From positions 8,943-54,031 of the forward strand of contig CAYHTG010000002.1 in assembly GCA_964359495.1 (NCBI GenBank): DNA of 45,089 bases, written 5' to 3'. The notes under the pieces were generated by a model. That model was not told the origin of the DNA. It saw only the letters and a program-made list of their open reading frames with translations, and did no database searches. Origin of the DNA: an uncultured Candidatus Peribacteria bacterium. Its GTDB lineage: Bacteria > Patescibacteriota > Gracilibacteria > UBA1369 > 2-02-FULL-48-14. This document shows positions 19,101-25,972 of this stretch, piece after piece (the stretch's first letter is position 1; each line of letters begins with the position of its first letter). A program made the translations under genes and the position numbers.

Positions 19101-19444
19101 TTCCCATTCGAACGCCTCACTACGAAAATGTCTCTGGAAGGTCTAAAAAAGAATTTGCGCCTTCTCTTGTTCGCCCGGAAATCGCAAAAATCATCAATGC
19201 GGTTTGTGAGGGTCCCGACGGCAAGGCTATCAATCTGGAGCATTTCGACCCTCCTCTAGAACGTTATGATTCCATTCAAACTTGGGACAACAAAGCCGAG
19301 CTCATTTATCAAATTTTGCTCATCAATGGTGTAATGCGGCTCGGGTACATCGAAGGCATTGTTCATCACCAAATCGCTGAAGTCAAAAAAGCTGAAAAGA
19401 TCGCTGAGGAATTAATGCGAAGTAGAAGTGTAAGTGCGGCCTAA
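13118..19444 (+). CDS. giant 2108-aa multidomain protein: central split aminotransferase class I/II-like fold plus an HprK/PEPCK-like P-loop kinase domain; the rest is unassigned
   Basis: A single uninterrupted ORF. Aminotransferase-like motifs: ITVPQGGGRRE (aa 460), FNDPHNPTSQV (aa 740), LADEPYHKQV (aa 772), SISTTKWAMGAGRRTGVLL (Lys817) and PQGPFYFLVG (aa 1002). Kinase-like motifs: VHGSALTI...VVMGGDSGTGKSETIIAM (aa 1566-1600). Confidence 0.85.
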   Translation: MSANSSVSLDYYHDLEGEIAQLKAFAEPLMEEVKVTPLMPVINRIINLKDRLLGLSEGELQYVQAEVAECKRLLDDISYEYIKQIITKPIPSDVFGVLSSGTEFEKTLRSAIGKKISTGKGDPEVAITPDLVDALTRYRFSLGTPPVTPKGIQTVEKIVFGGTLQNIYAFRDLIRCDRGVFDRFLGAVDRLNEQSTHYTTEAEKRDFKKKAIEFPNLEGARGLTKAIVSGTSETALRLVREQLFSKHANGNCPVRVMEEAEPFTPHLMQEMKADKRSMFIVKASSIPHHIFTDDVLKEEWKGLIGRLVVIDDSDAAKRSGTVLVYSLIPEVTRYLEQFHVKDSGTPANTQMNLRLILENFKNGDIDQLIQSVNEKAALLEAEGVHLLPHGEVRKKEWQKTGQLDYMNLKKFKRFLEFVKKMKSGDFSEIGENNRRLERRTGELTMDYFFKDLKGKGYRAITVPQGGGRREIGLPGRFHLKGHNKKVADFKGQKLQACREKLLALKRDLGIPEETTAAEAAALQRALDARRSPHLPPEGEAVSRIGAKVKTRVTEAIHESALRSDVVVNAVIARMDEVLGANIPGFMKGKVTKLLRSGGIEAAAKMFDRGQFRAAANRLRALGGRIRVGAAHLAEKIQTPLEIIRSRLEPADLDLVERLLNDIENGSFEPSLALSEVSWTVGDVLREEDFPKKNFIKIELNGDGSQNPDSLERQLEEKRRALAEFPELFELYCSSILIYFNDPHNPTSQVASPQVKLKLLDLASRYNLAILADEPYHKQVSKKVKDRQGDPSFAEFYERYRPRFPNPVRIYGSISTTKWAMGAGRRTGVLLTNDNSVMEDGKNFEDFVAENIDGCNAMSLYMDQETLLIGLLVKRVCKPIEAYIDVTNPYNILSNALNPYGNTCELLDQILHENFSDLNAEDFNAAMYSLLLDSRNKLDRLQARGAEPMDYYQFLSDLVSKLKEFRLDKQTQKDSAQRSQAAWEAVKRLSAEFPGLEERCIEPQGPFYFLVGLDQTTNDPALRPFLLALARARKIEVVPQAKGYARFAFGGLVDGTEEGYKDFSLGIETDLRLLLKYWDEFQAIRARLNKEKDLDPINNALKELFPGGEIDLARTIQDKSVLLERLRSNPRTGKDRLTNRFSPAGSQYMSSIEPGSPTTIVTIRDVQCRTAEDFINSEAFRDLFNIFLLQVKGQISGLEQMEDSAIIAQYGADEFAKRFESRNFQNVRRDIFEEIAIRVANLWFNPSMIKILGLKIPDGLSASDQGDLLRGAEVRISDFIQTIIQAFVSPEKEAQVLQERIEMIIKGLNQKLPQEDREKLLVYTRDYELFSAFLNSLDEDLVPLHTKERLLALTRKVSYPASFQAAYPTVRGIKADSGLQAWAQKFIGRAEFAGQSVATDRSPAMVTPGTARVAGYERGIYRRDGDGSSAPGKDFFRKRLGEFAEVMNPKDYVCKMVQVGPTRLMLVMHRSYSHYMVHELQLFPQFDVSLAEMQNLKPDAICFMGIPTKTIGEDYRIGNFLDEDSDGTSIPVSWVDAEDITDYMGYFKKPVLTVANERVKAVGGMPVHGSALTITAKNGLRKTVVMGGDSGTGKSETIIAMTNQIIEGLGGAENIESVELLSGDMLSLFEGEDGEMYMMGTESGDFMRLTDIPKEWQERMRDWISSSSKTNLDDKTNPRATINGICDPNVFLSPVRVNIFANINNFEKPEGAAFQEDRDPANLLLDTYVKGYRCEKGTSGDQPNLFASIEQSKVPDRETLLTKYKEDLDRLLGWNLILAKTGKVKTSILSFKDVPGEVFKASQMVKDLFVGKHCDYKDKEKKEEKNYTILDARYAVRENRFYVTVKDEDTGATEEKPLDRNIFDGVYNPIASTYCGNPFVDPRGMDSVLRRFAGVMKKAGVITGNLYTELGVEGEERSGPARAAQALIEFIEEDPRINERFQRNKDRVSRALTTKYGAAILGQGSIPQEVEAHNLYLLERQESDAVHLVDSARKTVPIRTPHYENVSGRSKKEFAPSLVRPEIAKIINAVCEGPDGKAINLEHFDPPLERYDSIQTWDNKAELIYQILLINGVMRLGYIEGIVHHQIAEVKKAEKIAEELMRSRSVSAA

Positions 19445-19465
19445 ACGCTCAAGGCGGCTTTCTAG

Positions 19466-20086
19466 TCAACTCGGTTGGCTTTTCTGTAGGGCTTCCGCTA
19501 TTTTCACAAACTCCGGATCCAAATTGAGGCGACTTTCTTCCGGAAATTCCTGACCCTGGTATTTGGAGCTTTTCTTCATGTTATAAGGGACGTCGGCCGG
19601 CGAACTCATGGGCTCGAACGCAAGCTGGCACACGCGCATTCCCGGGTAGAGGGCGACCGGCATCCTGTTGATGTTGGTGATTTCGAGCGTGATGTTTCCT
19701 TCAAAACCCGCGTCCACGAAACCGGCGGTGGAATGGATAATAATGCCGAGGCGACCGAGGGAGCTGCGACCTTCCACGCGAGCCACAATATTATTGGGGA
19801 GTTTTACTTTTTCAACGGTGACACCGAGCACAAAGTCGCCAGGGTGTACGATGAACGGTTCCGCGATATCCGTGACTTCAATTTGTTTGGTCATACCTTC
19901 GAAGGAGCGCATTTTCAGAGGATCAAGAACGGGAAATTTGCTGTGTTCATAGACTTTAAAAAATCTCCCCAAACGAAGGTCGAGGCTCGATGCATGGATG
20001 TTATCCATGTGGTCGTTTTCCGGAGAAGTTATAACAATTTCTCCAGCTTTTATGAGTCGTTTGATATCGCGGTCGGAGTAAATCAT
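19466..20086 (-). CDS. dcd: dCTP deaminase
   Basis: MIYSDRDIKRLIKAGEIVI..., ASSLDLRLG, VEGRSSLGRLGIIIHSTAGFVDAGFEG and ITLEI are dCTP deaminase/dUTPase-fold motifs. The ATG is at 20086. Confidence 0.9.
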   Translation of the reverse strand: MIYSDRDIKRLIKAGEIVITSPENDHMDNIHASSLDLRLGRFFKVYEHSKFPVLDPLKMRSFEGMTKQIEVTDIAEPFIVHPGDFVLGVTVEKVKLPNNIVARVEGRSSLGRLGIIIHSTAGFVDAGFEGNITLEITNINRMPVALYPGMRVCQLAFEPMSSPADVPYNMKKSSKYQGQEFPEESRLNLDPEFVKIAEALQKSQPS

Positions 20087-20102
20087 CACGCGAAGCGTTA
20101 AT

Positions 20103-21443
20103 CTATAAACTAGCGGCCAGTCCAATGTACCCTTCCGGAGTGAGCTTCAGCAAGCGCTTTTTAGCGTCTTCGGGAATGTCGAGTTCATCAACAAAGTTAG
20201 CGATTTTTTTCTGACTTACTTTCTCACCGCGTGTTAGTTCTTTTAACTGCTCGTAGGCATTTTGAATTCCGTAGCGTCGCATCACGGTTTGAATGGCTTC
20301 CCCCAAAAGTTCCCAGTTTTCGTCGAGGTCACTACGAAGCTTTGCTTCATTTACTTCGAGTTTACCGAGTCCCTTTTGAATGCTTTTGTAAGCAAGGAGG
20401 GAATACCCGAGAGCGGTTCCTATGTTTCGGAGCACCGTGCTATCGGTGAGGTCGCGCTGCATGCGGGAGATGGGAAGTTTTTCGCTGAAATGAGTGAATA
20501 AGGCGTTGGCAAGTCCCAAGTTCCCTTCGGCATTTTCAAAATCAATGGGATTCACTTTGTGCGGCATGGTGGATGAACCCACCTCTCCTTTCACTGTCTT
20601 TTGGTTGAAGTAACCCATGGAGATGTAAGTCCAACTGTCACGGCAAAAATCGATCAAAATGGTGTTTGTGCGGCGCAAATTATCAAAAATTTCCGCCATG
20701 TAATCGTGGGGTTCAATTTGCGTGGTGTAGCGTTGCCACTCGAGGCCCAAATCTTCGACAAATTGACGAGAAGCCGCCGCCCAATCCACCTCCGGGTATG
20801 CCACTGTATGCGCATTGAAATTACCCGTTGCTCCATTCATTTTTCCTAAAAACTGAGTTTTTGAAAGTTGTTCATACTGACGGTAAAGACGGGATCCCAC
20901 ATTTTTGAATTCTTTCCCCACCGTGGTTGGCGAGGCCGCTTGGCCGTGCGTGTGGCTCATCATGGGCACTTTTCGATAGGTCTCCGCAAAGTCTTTAAAT
21001 CCGGCTAAAACTTTTTCCAGGTTGGGCAGGAGAATGGTATGTACTCCGCCTTTCAGCATTTGAGCGTAAGCCAAATTATTGATGTCCTCCGAGGTGCAGC
21101 CGAAATGAACAAAAGAAATGAGGTCTCCGCGTTTTAGAACCTTGAGTGCTTTTTGTAAAAAATATTCCACGGCCTTTACATCATGGTTCGTGGTTTTTTC
21201 GATTTCTTTCACCTCCTCGGCAAAGGCATCTTGAAAATCGGTATAGAGCTTTCGGAGGGCGGCCACTTCTTTCTCATGTAGACGTTCAGTCCCTTTCAGT
21301 TTGAGTGTATTGACAAGAAAAATGAGCCATTCCACTTCCACTGCAATACGACTTCGAATGAGTGCGGCTTCGGAAAAAAATCGAGCGAGTTCGCCCACTT
21401 TTTCAACGTAGCGTCCGTCCAATGGAGAGAGTGCTTTGTTCAT
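20103..21443 (-). CDS. purB: adenylosuccinate lyase
   Basis: LSPLDGRY at the N-terminus, the HxxxTSxD-like FGCTSEDINN, and the signature loop GSSTMPHKVNP. I chose the ATG at 21443. The alternative GTG at 21455 would abut purE. Confidence 0.95.
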   Translation of the reverse strand: MNKALSPLDGRYVEKVGELARFFSEAALIRSRIAVEVEWLIFLVNTLKLKGTERLHEKEVAALRKLYTDFQDAFAEEVKEIEKTTNHDVKAVEYFLQKALKVLKRGDLISFVHFGCTSEDINNLAYAQMLKGGVHTILLPNLEKVLAGFKDFAETYRKVPMMSHTHGQAASPTTVGKEFKNVGSRLYRQYEQLSKTQFLGKMNGATGNFNAHTVAYPEVDWAAASRQFVEDLGLEWQRYTTQIEPHDYMAEIFDNLRRTNTILIDFCRDSWTYISMGYFNQKTVKGEVGSSTMPHKVNPIDFENAEGNLGLANALFTHFSEKLPISRMQRDLTDSTVLRNIGTALGYSLLAYKSIQKGLGKLEVNEAKLRSDLDENWELLGEAIQTVMRRYGIQNAYEQLKELTRGEKVSQKKIANFVDELDIPEDAKKRLLKLTPEGYIGLAASL

Positions 21444-21454
21444 TTTTATACGCA

Positions 21455-21925
21455 CTAAAGTGTGCAGGGTTTAGTATCAAATAAATTTTGAACCACTTTG
21501 GTATGATTACGAACTTTTTTTGCGAGATCCTTGTCGGTCAAAGCTAAAATGCGAGCCACCGCTTGACCGGCATTTTTCGGATCCACTACTGTAAGAGCCG
21601 GAGTTTCACTGGGCATTTGCAAGGAGGAATGAATGTTGGCCAAGTAATCGGCGTAGTCTTTAAAGGGGGGACAAGCCAAAACCGGAAAATGCGTATTGGC
21701 GGAAACCAATCCACTGAGGGCGTTGGATCGACCGGCTATGGTCACAAAAACCACACTTTCTTTTTTTTCATTAAAATGTTTAATGATTTCCAGCGTTTTT
21801 TCAGGAACTTTGTGCGCGGAGGAAATATAAATTTCATGTTTCACACCGTAATCGTCCAAAATTTTGGCGATTTCCTTAGCGTGATCGAGGTCGGATTTTG
21901 AGCCGAGTATAAAAGGGACAATCAT
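21455..21925 (-). CDS. purE: 5-(carboxyamino)imidazole ribonucleotide mutase / AIR carboxylase catalytic subunit
   Basis: ILGSKSDLDHAKEIAKILDDYGV...ISSAHKVPEKT and IAGRSNALSGLVSA are PurE motifs. The ORF is 156 aa. Confidence 0.9.
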   Translation of the reverse strand: MIVPFILGSKSDLDHAKEIAKILDDYGVKHEIYISSAHKVPEKTLEIIKHFNEKKESVVFVTIAGRSNALSGLVSANTHFPVLACPPFKDYADYLANIHSSLQMPSETPALTVVDPKNAGQAVARILALTDKDLAKKVRNHTKVVQNLFDTKPCTL

Positions 21926-22890
21926 AGGAAATAAGGTTTAAGATTAGTTTCAATGCGAGAAAGAACGTCGCCGGGCTCGGCCGTGAAGCTTTGTCCCGTG
22001 ATCATTTCATAAGCTTGAATGTATTTCTCGGCAGTTTCACAAATAACCTCCTGTGGAATTTCCGGGATTTCCCCTTCCCCGGTATAGCCTTTGTTGGCGA
22101 GCCAGAGTCGCAAAAATTCTTTATTGATGTTATCGGGTTCTTGGCTGGTGGCCATTTTTTCTTCGTAAGTCGCGGCAATCCAGAACCGTGAAGAGTCGGG
22201 CGTGTGGATTTCATCGATCACCACAATGTCCCCTTCCGGGGTGAAGCCGAATTCGTATTTGGTGTCCACCAGAATCACTCCTTGGCGAGCGGCCACTTCC
22301 ACTCCTCTGGCGTAGAGCATCAGCGCATAATTGGAGAGTTTTTCCCATTGCTCGGCGGTGAGCAAGCCTTGCTTCAGAATCTCTTCGGGCGTGAGGTTGG
22401 CATCGTGATCGCCGTGTGCCGCTTTGCTGGTTGGGGTGATGATAGGAGCGCGCAAGCGCTCGTTCTTCTTGAGCCCCTCCTGTAAAATATTACCTCCGAT
22501 ATTCCTTCCCCCGTTCGCATAAATCGTCCACGCAGAAGTTGAGGTGGAGCCGGTGATGTAACCGCGCACAATCATCTCCACCATGATGGGTTTGCACTCC
22601 TTCCCCACAATCACTTGCGGATCGGGATAGGATTCGATGTAATTCGGGCAAATGTCCTTCGTATTTTCAAACCAAAACTTCGTGAGCGCGTTGAGCACTT
22701 GACCCTTGAACGGAATGAGCGCGATGACTCGGTCGAAGGCGGAAAGGCGGTCACTGGTTATGAGGATGCGGCGCTTGCCTTGAGTGTAGTTGTCACGAAC
22801 CTTCCCCTCGTAATAGCTTCCGAGATTTGTAAAACTCGTGCCTTTCAAAACATGAGGGATTTGAGAGGCAATGACGTCGCGAGGGATCAT
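21922..22890 (-). CDS. purC: SAICAR synthetase (long form)
   Basis: YEGKVRDNY, LITSDRLSAFD, ILVDTKYEFG and EIHTPDSSRFW are PurC motifs. It overlaps purE by 4 nt. Confidence 0.9.
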   Translation of the reverse strand: MIPRDVIASQIPHVLKGTSFTNLGSYYEGKVRDNYTQGKRRILITSDRLSAFDRVIALIPFKGQVLNALTKFWFENTKDICPNYIESYPDPQVIVGKECKPIMVEMIVRGYITGSTSTSAWTIYANGGRNIGGNILQEGLKKNERLRAPIITPTSKAAHGDHDANLTPEEILKQGLLTAEQWEKLSNYALMLYARGVEVAARQGVILVDTKYEFGFTPEGDIVVIDEIHTPDSSRFWIAATYEEKMATSQEPDNINKEFLRLWLANKGYTGEGEIPEIPQEVICETAEKYIQAYEMITGQSFTAEPGDVLSRIETNLKPYFL

Positions 22891-23034
22891 TTCGGGGGAT
22901 GGGTTAAGGTGTGAGTGTAGTTTAAAGGAAAAGTGCGGGGGTGGGAAGAGGGAGATTTAACTATAATTAGACATTTGCTTGAGTTATGATTTTCGTATAA
23001 CAAAACTTGATTAAATCTCAACTTAATTTCCCTT

Positions 23035-24201
23035 ATGAAAAGAGCCTTCAAAGTTAACCGTTTTCCATTTGCTTGTCACCCCAAGCTGCTTTTCGACCTT
23101 GCAAATAAAGAATATCTAACGAGATTCCCTATTCAATCTCTGCCATTTTCACACTGCATCGTATATGTAGTCGTGAGCGAAGACAAAAAGATTTCGTTAA
23201 AATTTTGTTTTCCCCAGGATGTCGATTTAATTTTGAGTTTCATACATAAGAGACCTGGCGGAGCGCATGCAGGTGAAGATACCTTAAACACAGACATTCG
23301 AGAGGTTACAGATATCCACATTCCAAATTTTGAGGAAAAATATTTTTTTGACTTTGCTTTTTTCATTTTTGATTTTAACACTGGAAAATATTGGTCTACG
23401 TTATTTTTAACCCAAGAGATATGTCCGGACTTAAGATTTTACTTGTCAAAAAAAAGAAAGGATCGGTATAAAAAAATTGGCAAGGATTTGGCAAAAAAAT
23501 ATAATACCACCCTTATCTTAGGACACACGAATCTTGCCTCTGGCAAACTACGCAGATCGAACGGCATCTCCAAATTGATTAGTAGTGGTTGGATCCCCAC
23601 AATCTCTCTTTTCCCACAACCCTACGGTGAGATGATAAATGTGATTGAAAAAGAAAACGATTTAGAGAAAGTGAACACGTTGATTTGTAAGGTTTTCCGA
23701 GAGAATCAATTTTTAGAAAAAATCTTAGAAAGATGGCTGGCCTCTAGTTTAACGAAAAAGAGAATCAGAGCTCTTCTGGCTATCGTTGATGATTTTAAAA
23801 GAGAAGACTATCTCTCCTGTATTTATGTCCTTTTACCTCAGGTAGAGGGGTTAATTACTGATCATATTAAAAGAAGGGGTCAAATACCTGGTGCAAAAAT
23901 CGAAGACCGGTTTAAGCAATTTGGCGATATCATTAATTCTGAAACTTATAACACGAAAATGACAAAATATTTAACTATGATTTTCATTCGTAGTCTTAAA
24001 AAGACTTTCTATAAAACTTGGTACCCTTACATCTATAGAGGAAAGGCATACCGTGGAGCTCACATAGTACCACAGAGGCACTTACTGCTTCATGGTGAAT
24101 TTAAACTGGGTTACTTTACAGAAGCAAATTGTATAAAACTCATGTGTATTCTTGATAATATTATTTTGTTGTCTCTCAGGGACAGAGAACTGACTCGCTA
24201 A
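23035..24201 (+). CDS. hypothetical protein with a C-terminal HEPN-like domain (putative Abi-type RNase)
   Basis: 388 aa and AT-rich. The C-terminal helical region contains PQRHLLLHGE, that is R348-x4-H353, which matches the HEPN Rx4-6H motif. It is preceded by ALLAIVDDFKREDYLSCIYVLLPQVEGLI. I do not recognise the N-terminal ~230 aa. Confidence 0.55.
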   Translation: MKRAFKVNRFPFACHPKLLFDLANKEYLTRFPIQSLPFSHCIVYVVVSEDKKISLKFCFPQDVDLILSFIHKRPGGAHAGEDTLNTDIREVTDIHIPNFEEKYFFDFAFFIFDFNTGKYWSTLFLTQEICPDLRFYLSKKRKDRYKKIGKDLAKKYNTTLILGHTNLASGKLRRSNGISKLISSGWIPTISLFPQPYGEMINVIEKENDLEKVNTLICKVFRENQFLEKILERWLASSLTKKRIRALLAIVDDFKREDYLSCIYVLLPQVEGLITDHIKRRGQIPGAKIEDRFKQFGDIINSETYNTKMTKYLTMIFIRSLKKTFYKTWYPYIYRGKAYRGAHIVPQRHLLLHGEFKLGYFTEANCIKLMCILDNIILLSLRDRELTR

Positions 24202-24292
24202 AACTTTCCAGCAAACCTCCACTTTTTCTTGGCCCACTCCCCTGCGTAGTCGACTCCGAGGCGGTGGCTTTGATCTTGCCTACTTTGTCGCC
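24198..24292 (-). pseudogene. decayed remnant of the mpg 3' end (about the last 26 codons, frameshifted)
   Basis: The reverse strand reads ...GDKVGKIKA[frameshift][19 protein letters not shown]. The intact mpg reads [31 protein letters not shown]. There is no start codon, and there are 4 fewer nt than the intact copy in my hand alignment. Confidence 0.7.
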
Positions 24293-24801
24293 TAACGAAA
24301 TAGTTCCAGGTTGGCTTCCAAAAAGTAGTAGTACTGGGTGCATTTGTGTCCTCGGCCCTTTTTGTATTCAAGTGATTTTACTTCGGTTTCTTTGAAAAAA
24401 GGTCTTGGATAGTCGTTGAAATCTGCAGTGAGAAGTAAGGGGGCTGAATCCGTGAAAACCAGTGAACCGATAAATACATCCATGTCGGAAATGGAGTTCA
24501 AAACAGATTTGATGCTGCCTTCCTTCAAGTAGGCGGAATAGAGCAAAGTAGCTCTTTCCAGGCGATCAGCACTTTGTGGGATTTTTTCGTAGTGATCTAA
24601 TTCTTCTAGAACCTTCGCTTTATTTTCTGTGCTTGCGCTTCTCAAAAGCTCGTAATAGCTGAATTCGCTCACATAAAGCTTGTTGTCGTTTTGAATGAGT
24701 TCCTCGATCAAATCAACCGTAGCTTTTAGAAGGCCCTTTTCTTTGCTGAGTGAGTATTGGATGACACAGCTGTCTAACAATATGGCTTTTCCTTTGATCA
24801 T
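24292..24801 (-). CDS. PIN-domain toxin (VapC-like)
   Basis: 169 aa with acidic PIN positions in the expected order: AILLDSCVI (D), VSEFSYYEL (E), SDMDVFIGS (D) and LTADFNDY (D). Confidence 0.75.
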   Translation of the reverse strand: MIKGKAILLDSCVIQYSLSKEKGLLKATVDLIEELIQNDNKLYVSEFSYYELLRSASTENKAKVLEELDHYEKIPQSADRLERATLLYSAYLKEGSIKSVLNSISDMDVFIGSLVFTDSAPLLLTADFNDYPRPFFKETEVKSLEYKKGRGHKCTQYYYFLEANLELFR

Positions 24802-24806
24802 CGTCC

Positions 24807-24962
24807 CTATCTCGTTAAGGCTTCTCTATCTTCGTGATTTTCCGTTTCAAATAGCCCAACTCTTGAAGTTTTTCGTAAAGCTTTAAGTAAGGCCTCTCTA
24901 TCCTTTTTGGACTGTTCAGGCCATTTGTCATTCAGTAATCGTTGGCGTTCTTTTACAGACAT
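24807..24962 (-). CDS. putative small antitoxin partner of the PIN toxin
   Basis: A 51-aa ORF (MSVKERQRLLNDKWPEQSKKDREALLKAL...) ending 6 nt upstream of the PIN start, in the typical antitoxin-first arrangement. I recognise no family. The track start at 25031 is less likely. Confidence 0.4.
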   Translation of the reverse strand: MSVKERQRLLNDKWPEQSKKDREALLKALRKTSRVGLFETENHEDREALTR

Positions 24963-25062
24963 AAATTTTAGCGTTAACTGACGGTGAAATAGTACTCCGA
25001 TGAAGTAGTGCAAGCAACTTTTGGTGCTCAAAAATGTGTTGTCAGAGCAGTGACAACAGGCA

Positions 25063-25245
25063 CTAGTCTATCATAAATCTCCACTTCTTCTTCGCCCACT
25101 CCCCCGCATAGTCCACTCCAATCCTCGGAGTTGTTTTAATCTTCCCTACTGTGTCCCCTCGGTCTTCGAACCAGAGGCCGGAATCTTCAGTAGCGGAGAG
25201 GGTGTTTAGGGTGAGGTCGATCTTCACTTCTATATTTGCCAGCGA
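25063..25245 (-). pseudogene. remnant of the mpg 3' end (last ~57 codons, in frame, no start codon)
   Basis: The reverse strand reads [60 protein letters not shown]. By my hand count, 41 of 55 aligned residues are identical to the intact mpg C-terminus. It shares an exact 20-mer, TCTTCGAACCAGAGGCCGGA (25163-25182 versus 26073-26092). Confidence 0.8.
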
Positions 25246-25261
25246 TTACTTCTTTGTAAAA

Positions 25262-25561
25262 CTATACTGCAAACTCAAAAATCTTAATTTTCTTCGAAAT
25301 GGTTTTTTCGAAAATCTCTTCTTCAATTTCTAAATCATAGTAAGACTGCAAATTTACCCAAAACTCTGCAGATGTATTAAAAAATTTCCCCAGCCTTAAA
25401 GCAGTATCTACGCTAATAGATCTTTTACCGTGAATTATTTCACTGATACGAATTGCAGATACATCAATATCTTTAGCAAGTTTATACTGACTGATTCCTA
25501 GAGGTACAAGGAATTCTTCTGCAAGTATTTCACCGGGATGTATAGGCTTTAATGTTTTCAT
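25262..25561 (-). CDS. higA: HigA-family antitoxin (XRE-type HTH)
   Basis: KPIHPGEILAEEFLVPLGISQYKLAKDIDVSAIRISEIIHGKRSISVDTALRLGKFF is the canonical HigA/VapI HTH sequence. Confidence 0.9.
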   Translation of the reverse strand: MKTLKPIHPGEILAEEFLVPLGISQYKLAKDIDVSAIRISEIIHGKRSISVDTALRLGKFFNTSAEFWVNLQSYYDLEIEEEIFEKTISKKIKIFEFAV

Positions 25562-25610
25562 ACTTACTAACTTACTAGGGTTACGTTTTTTTGTTATTTA
25601 TTTTTAAGTA

Positions 25611-25889
25611 TCAATGGTAGTCAATAATTTCTACGTCGTAAGCATCTCCATCGTTCCATCTAAAGCATATTCTCCACTGATCGTTGATTCTGATACTGTG
25701 TTCTCCATCTCTGTCTTTACGTAATTTTTCTAGATGATTTCCGGGCGGTACCTTTAGATCGTTCAGCTCCTTTGCTGCATGTAACATCCTGAGTTTCCTT
25801 AGAGCTAGCTTTTGAATGTTGGCGAACCGTTTGGAGCCTTCTCGGGTGTGTATTTTCTCCGTTTCCTTGCAGTTGAAGCTCTTGATCAT
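25611..25889 (-). CDS. higB: HigB-family (RelE-fold) toxin, plasmid-maintenance killer type
   Basis: MIKSF...L..LHAAKELNDLKVPPGNHLEKLRKDRDGEHSIRINDQWRICFRWNDGDAYDVEIIDYH is the classic HigB pattern. The toxin lies upstream of the antitoxin, as in higBA. Confidence 0.9.
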   Translation of the reverse strand: MIKSFNCKETEKIHTREGSKRFANIQKLALRKLRMLHAAKELNDLKVPPGNHLEKLRKDRDGEHSIRINDQWRICFRWNDGDAYDVEIIDYH

Positions 25890-25921
25890 TTCGGAGGAGA
25901 GGTAGGTTCATATCTGACCTA

Positions 25922-25950
25922 ATAGTACACCGTGACTTTAGTGTCGTCAA
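25922..25950 (-). promoter_or_regulatory. candidate promoter for higBA
   Basis: On the minus strand: TTGACG (rc of 25945-25950), a 17-nt spacer, then TACTAT (rc of 25922-25927). It lies about 35 nt upstream of the higB ATG. Confidence 0.3.
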
Positions 25951-25972
25951 GCGATAGTATTGTCAAACGTTA

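Larger units (their letters stand above)
22960..25972. mobile_element. AT-rich accessory island (toxin cassettes) stacked on the 3' end of mpg; boundaries approximate
   Basis: Composition visibly drops between purC and mpg. The content is HEPN-like, PIN and HigBA genes, and the cassettes are separated by repeated mpg 3'-end remnants (see the pseudogene features). Confidence 0.55.

Noticed and set aside
25151-25333. 60-aa plus-strand ORF
   Set aside because: It lies antisense to the mpg 3'-end remnant and the end of higA. Its translation has no recognisable features, and the minus-strand homology explains the region.
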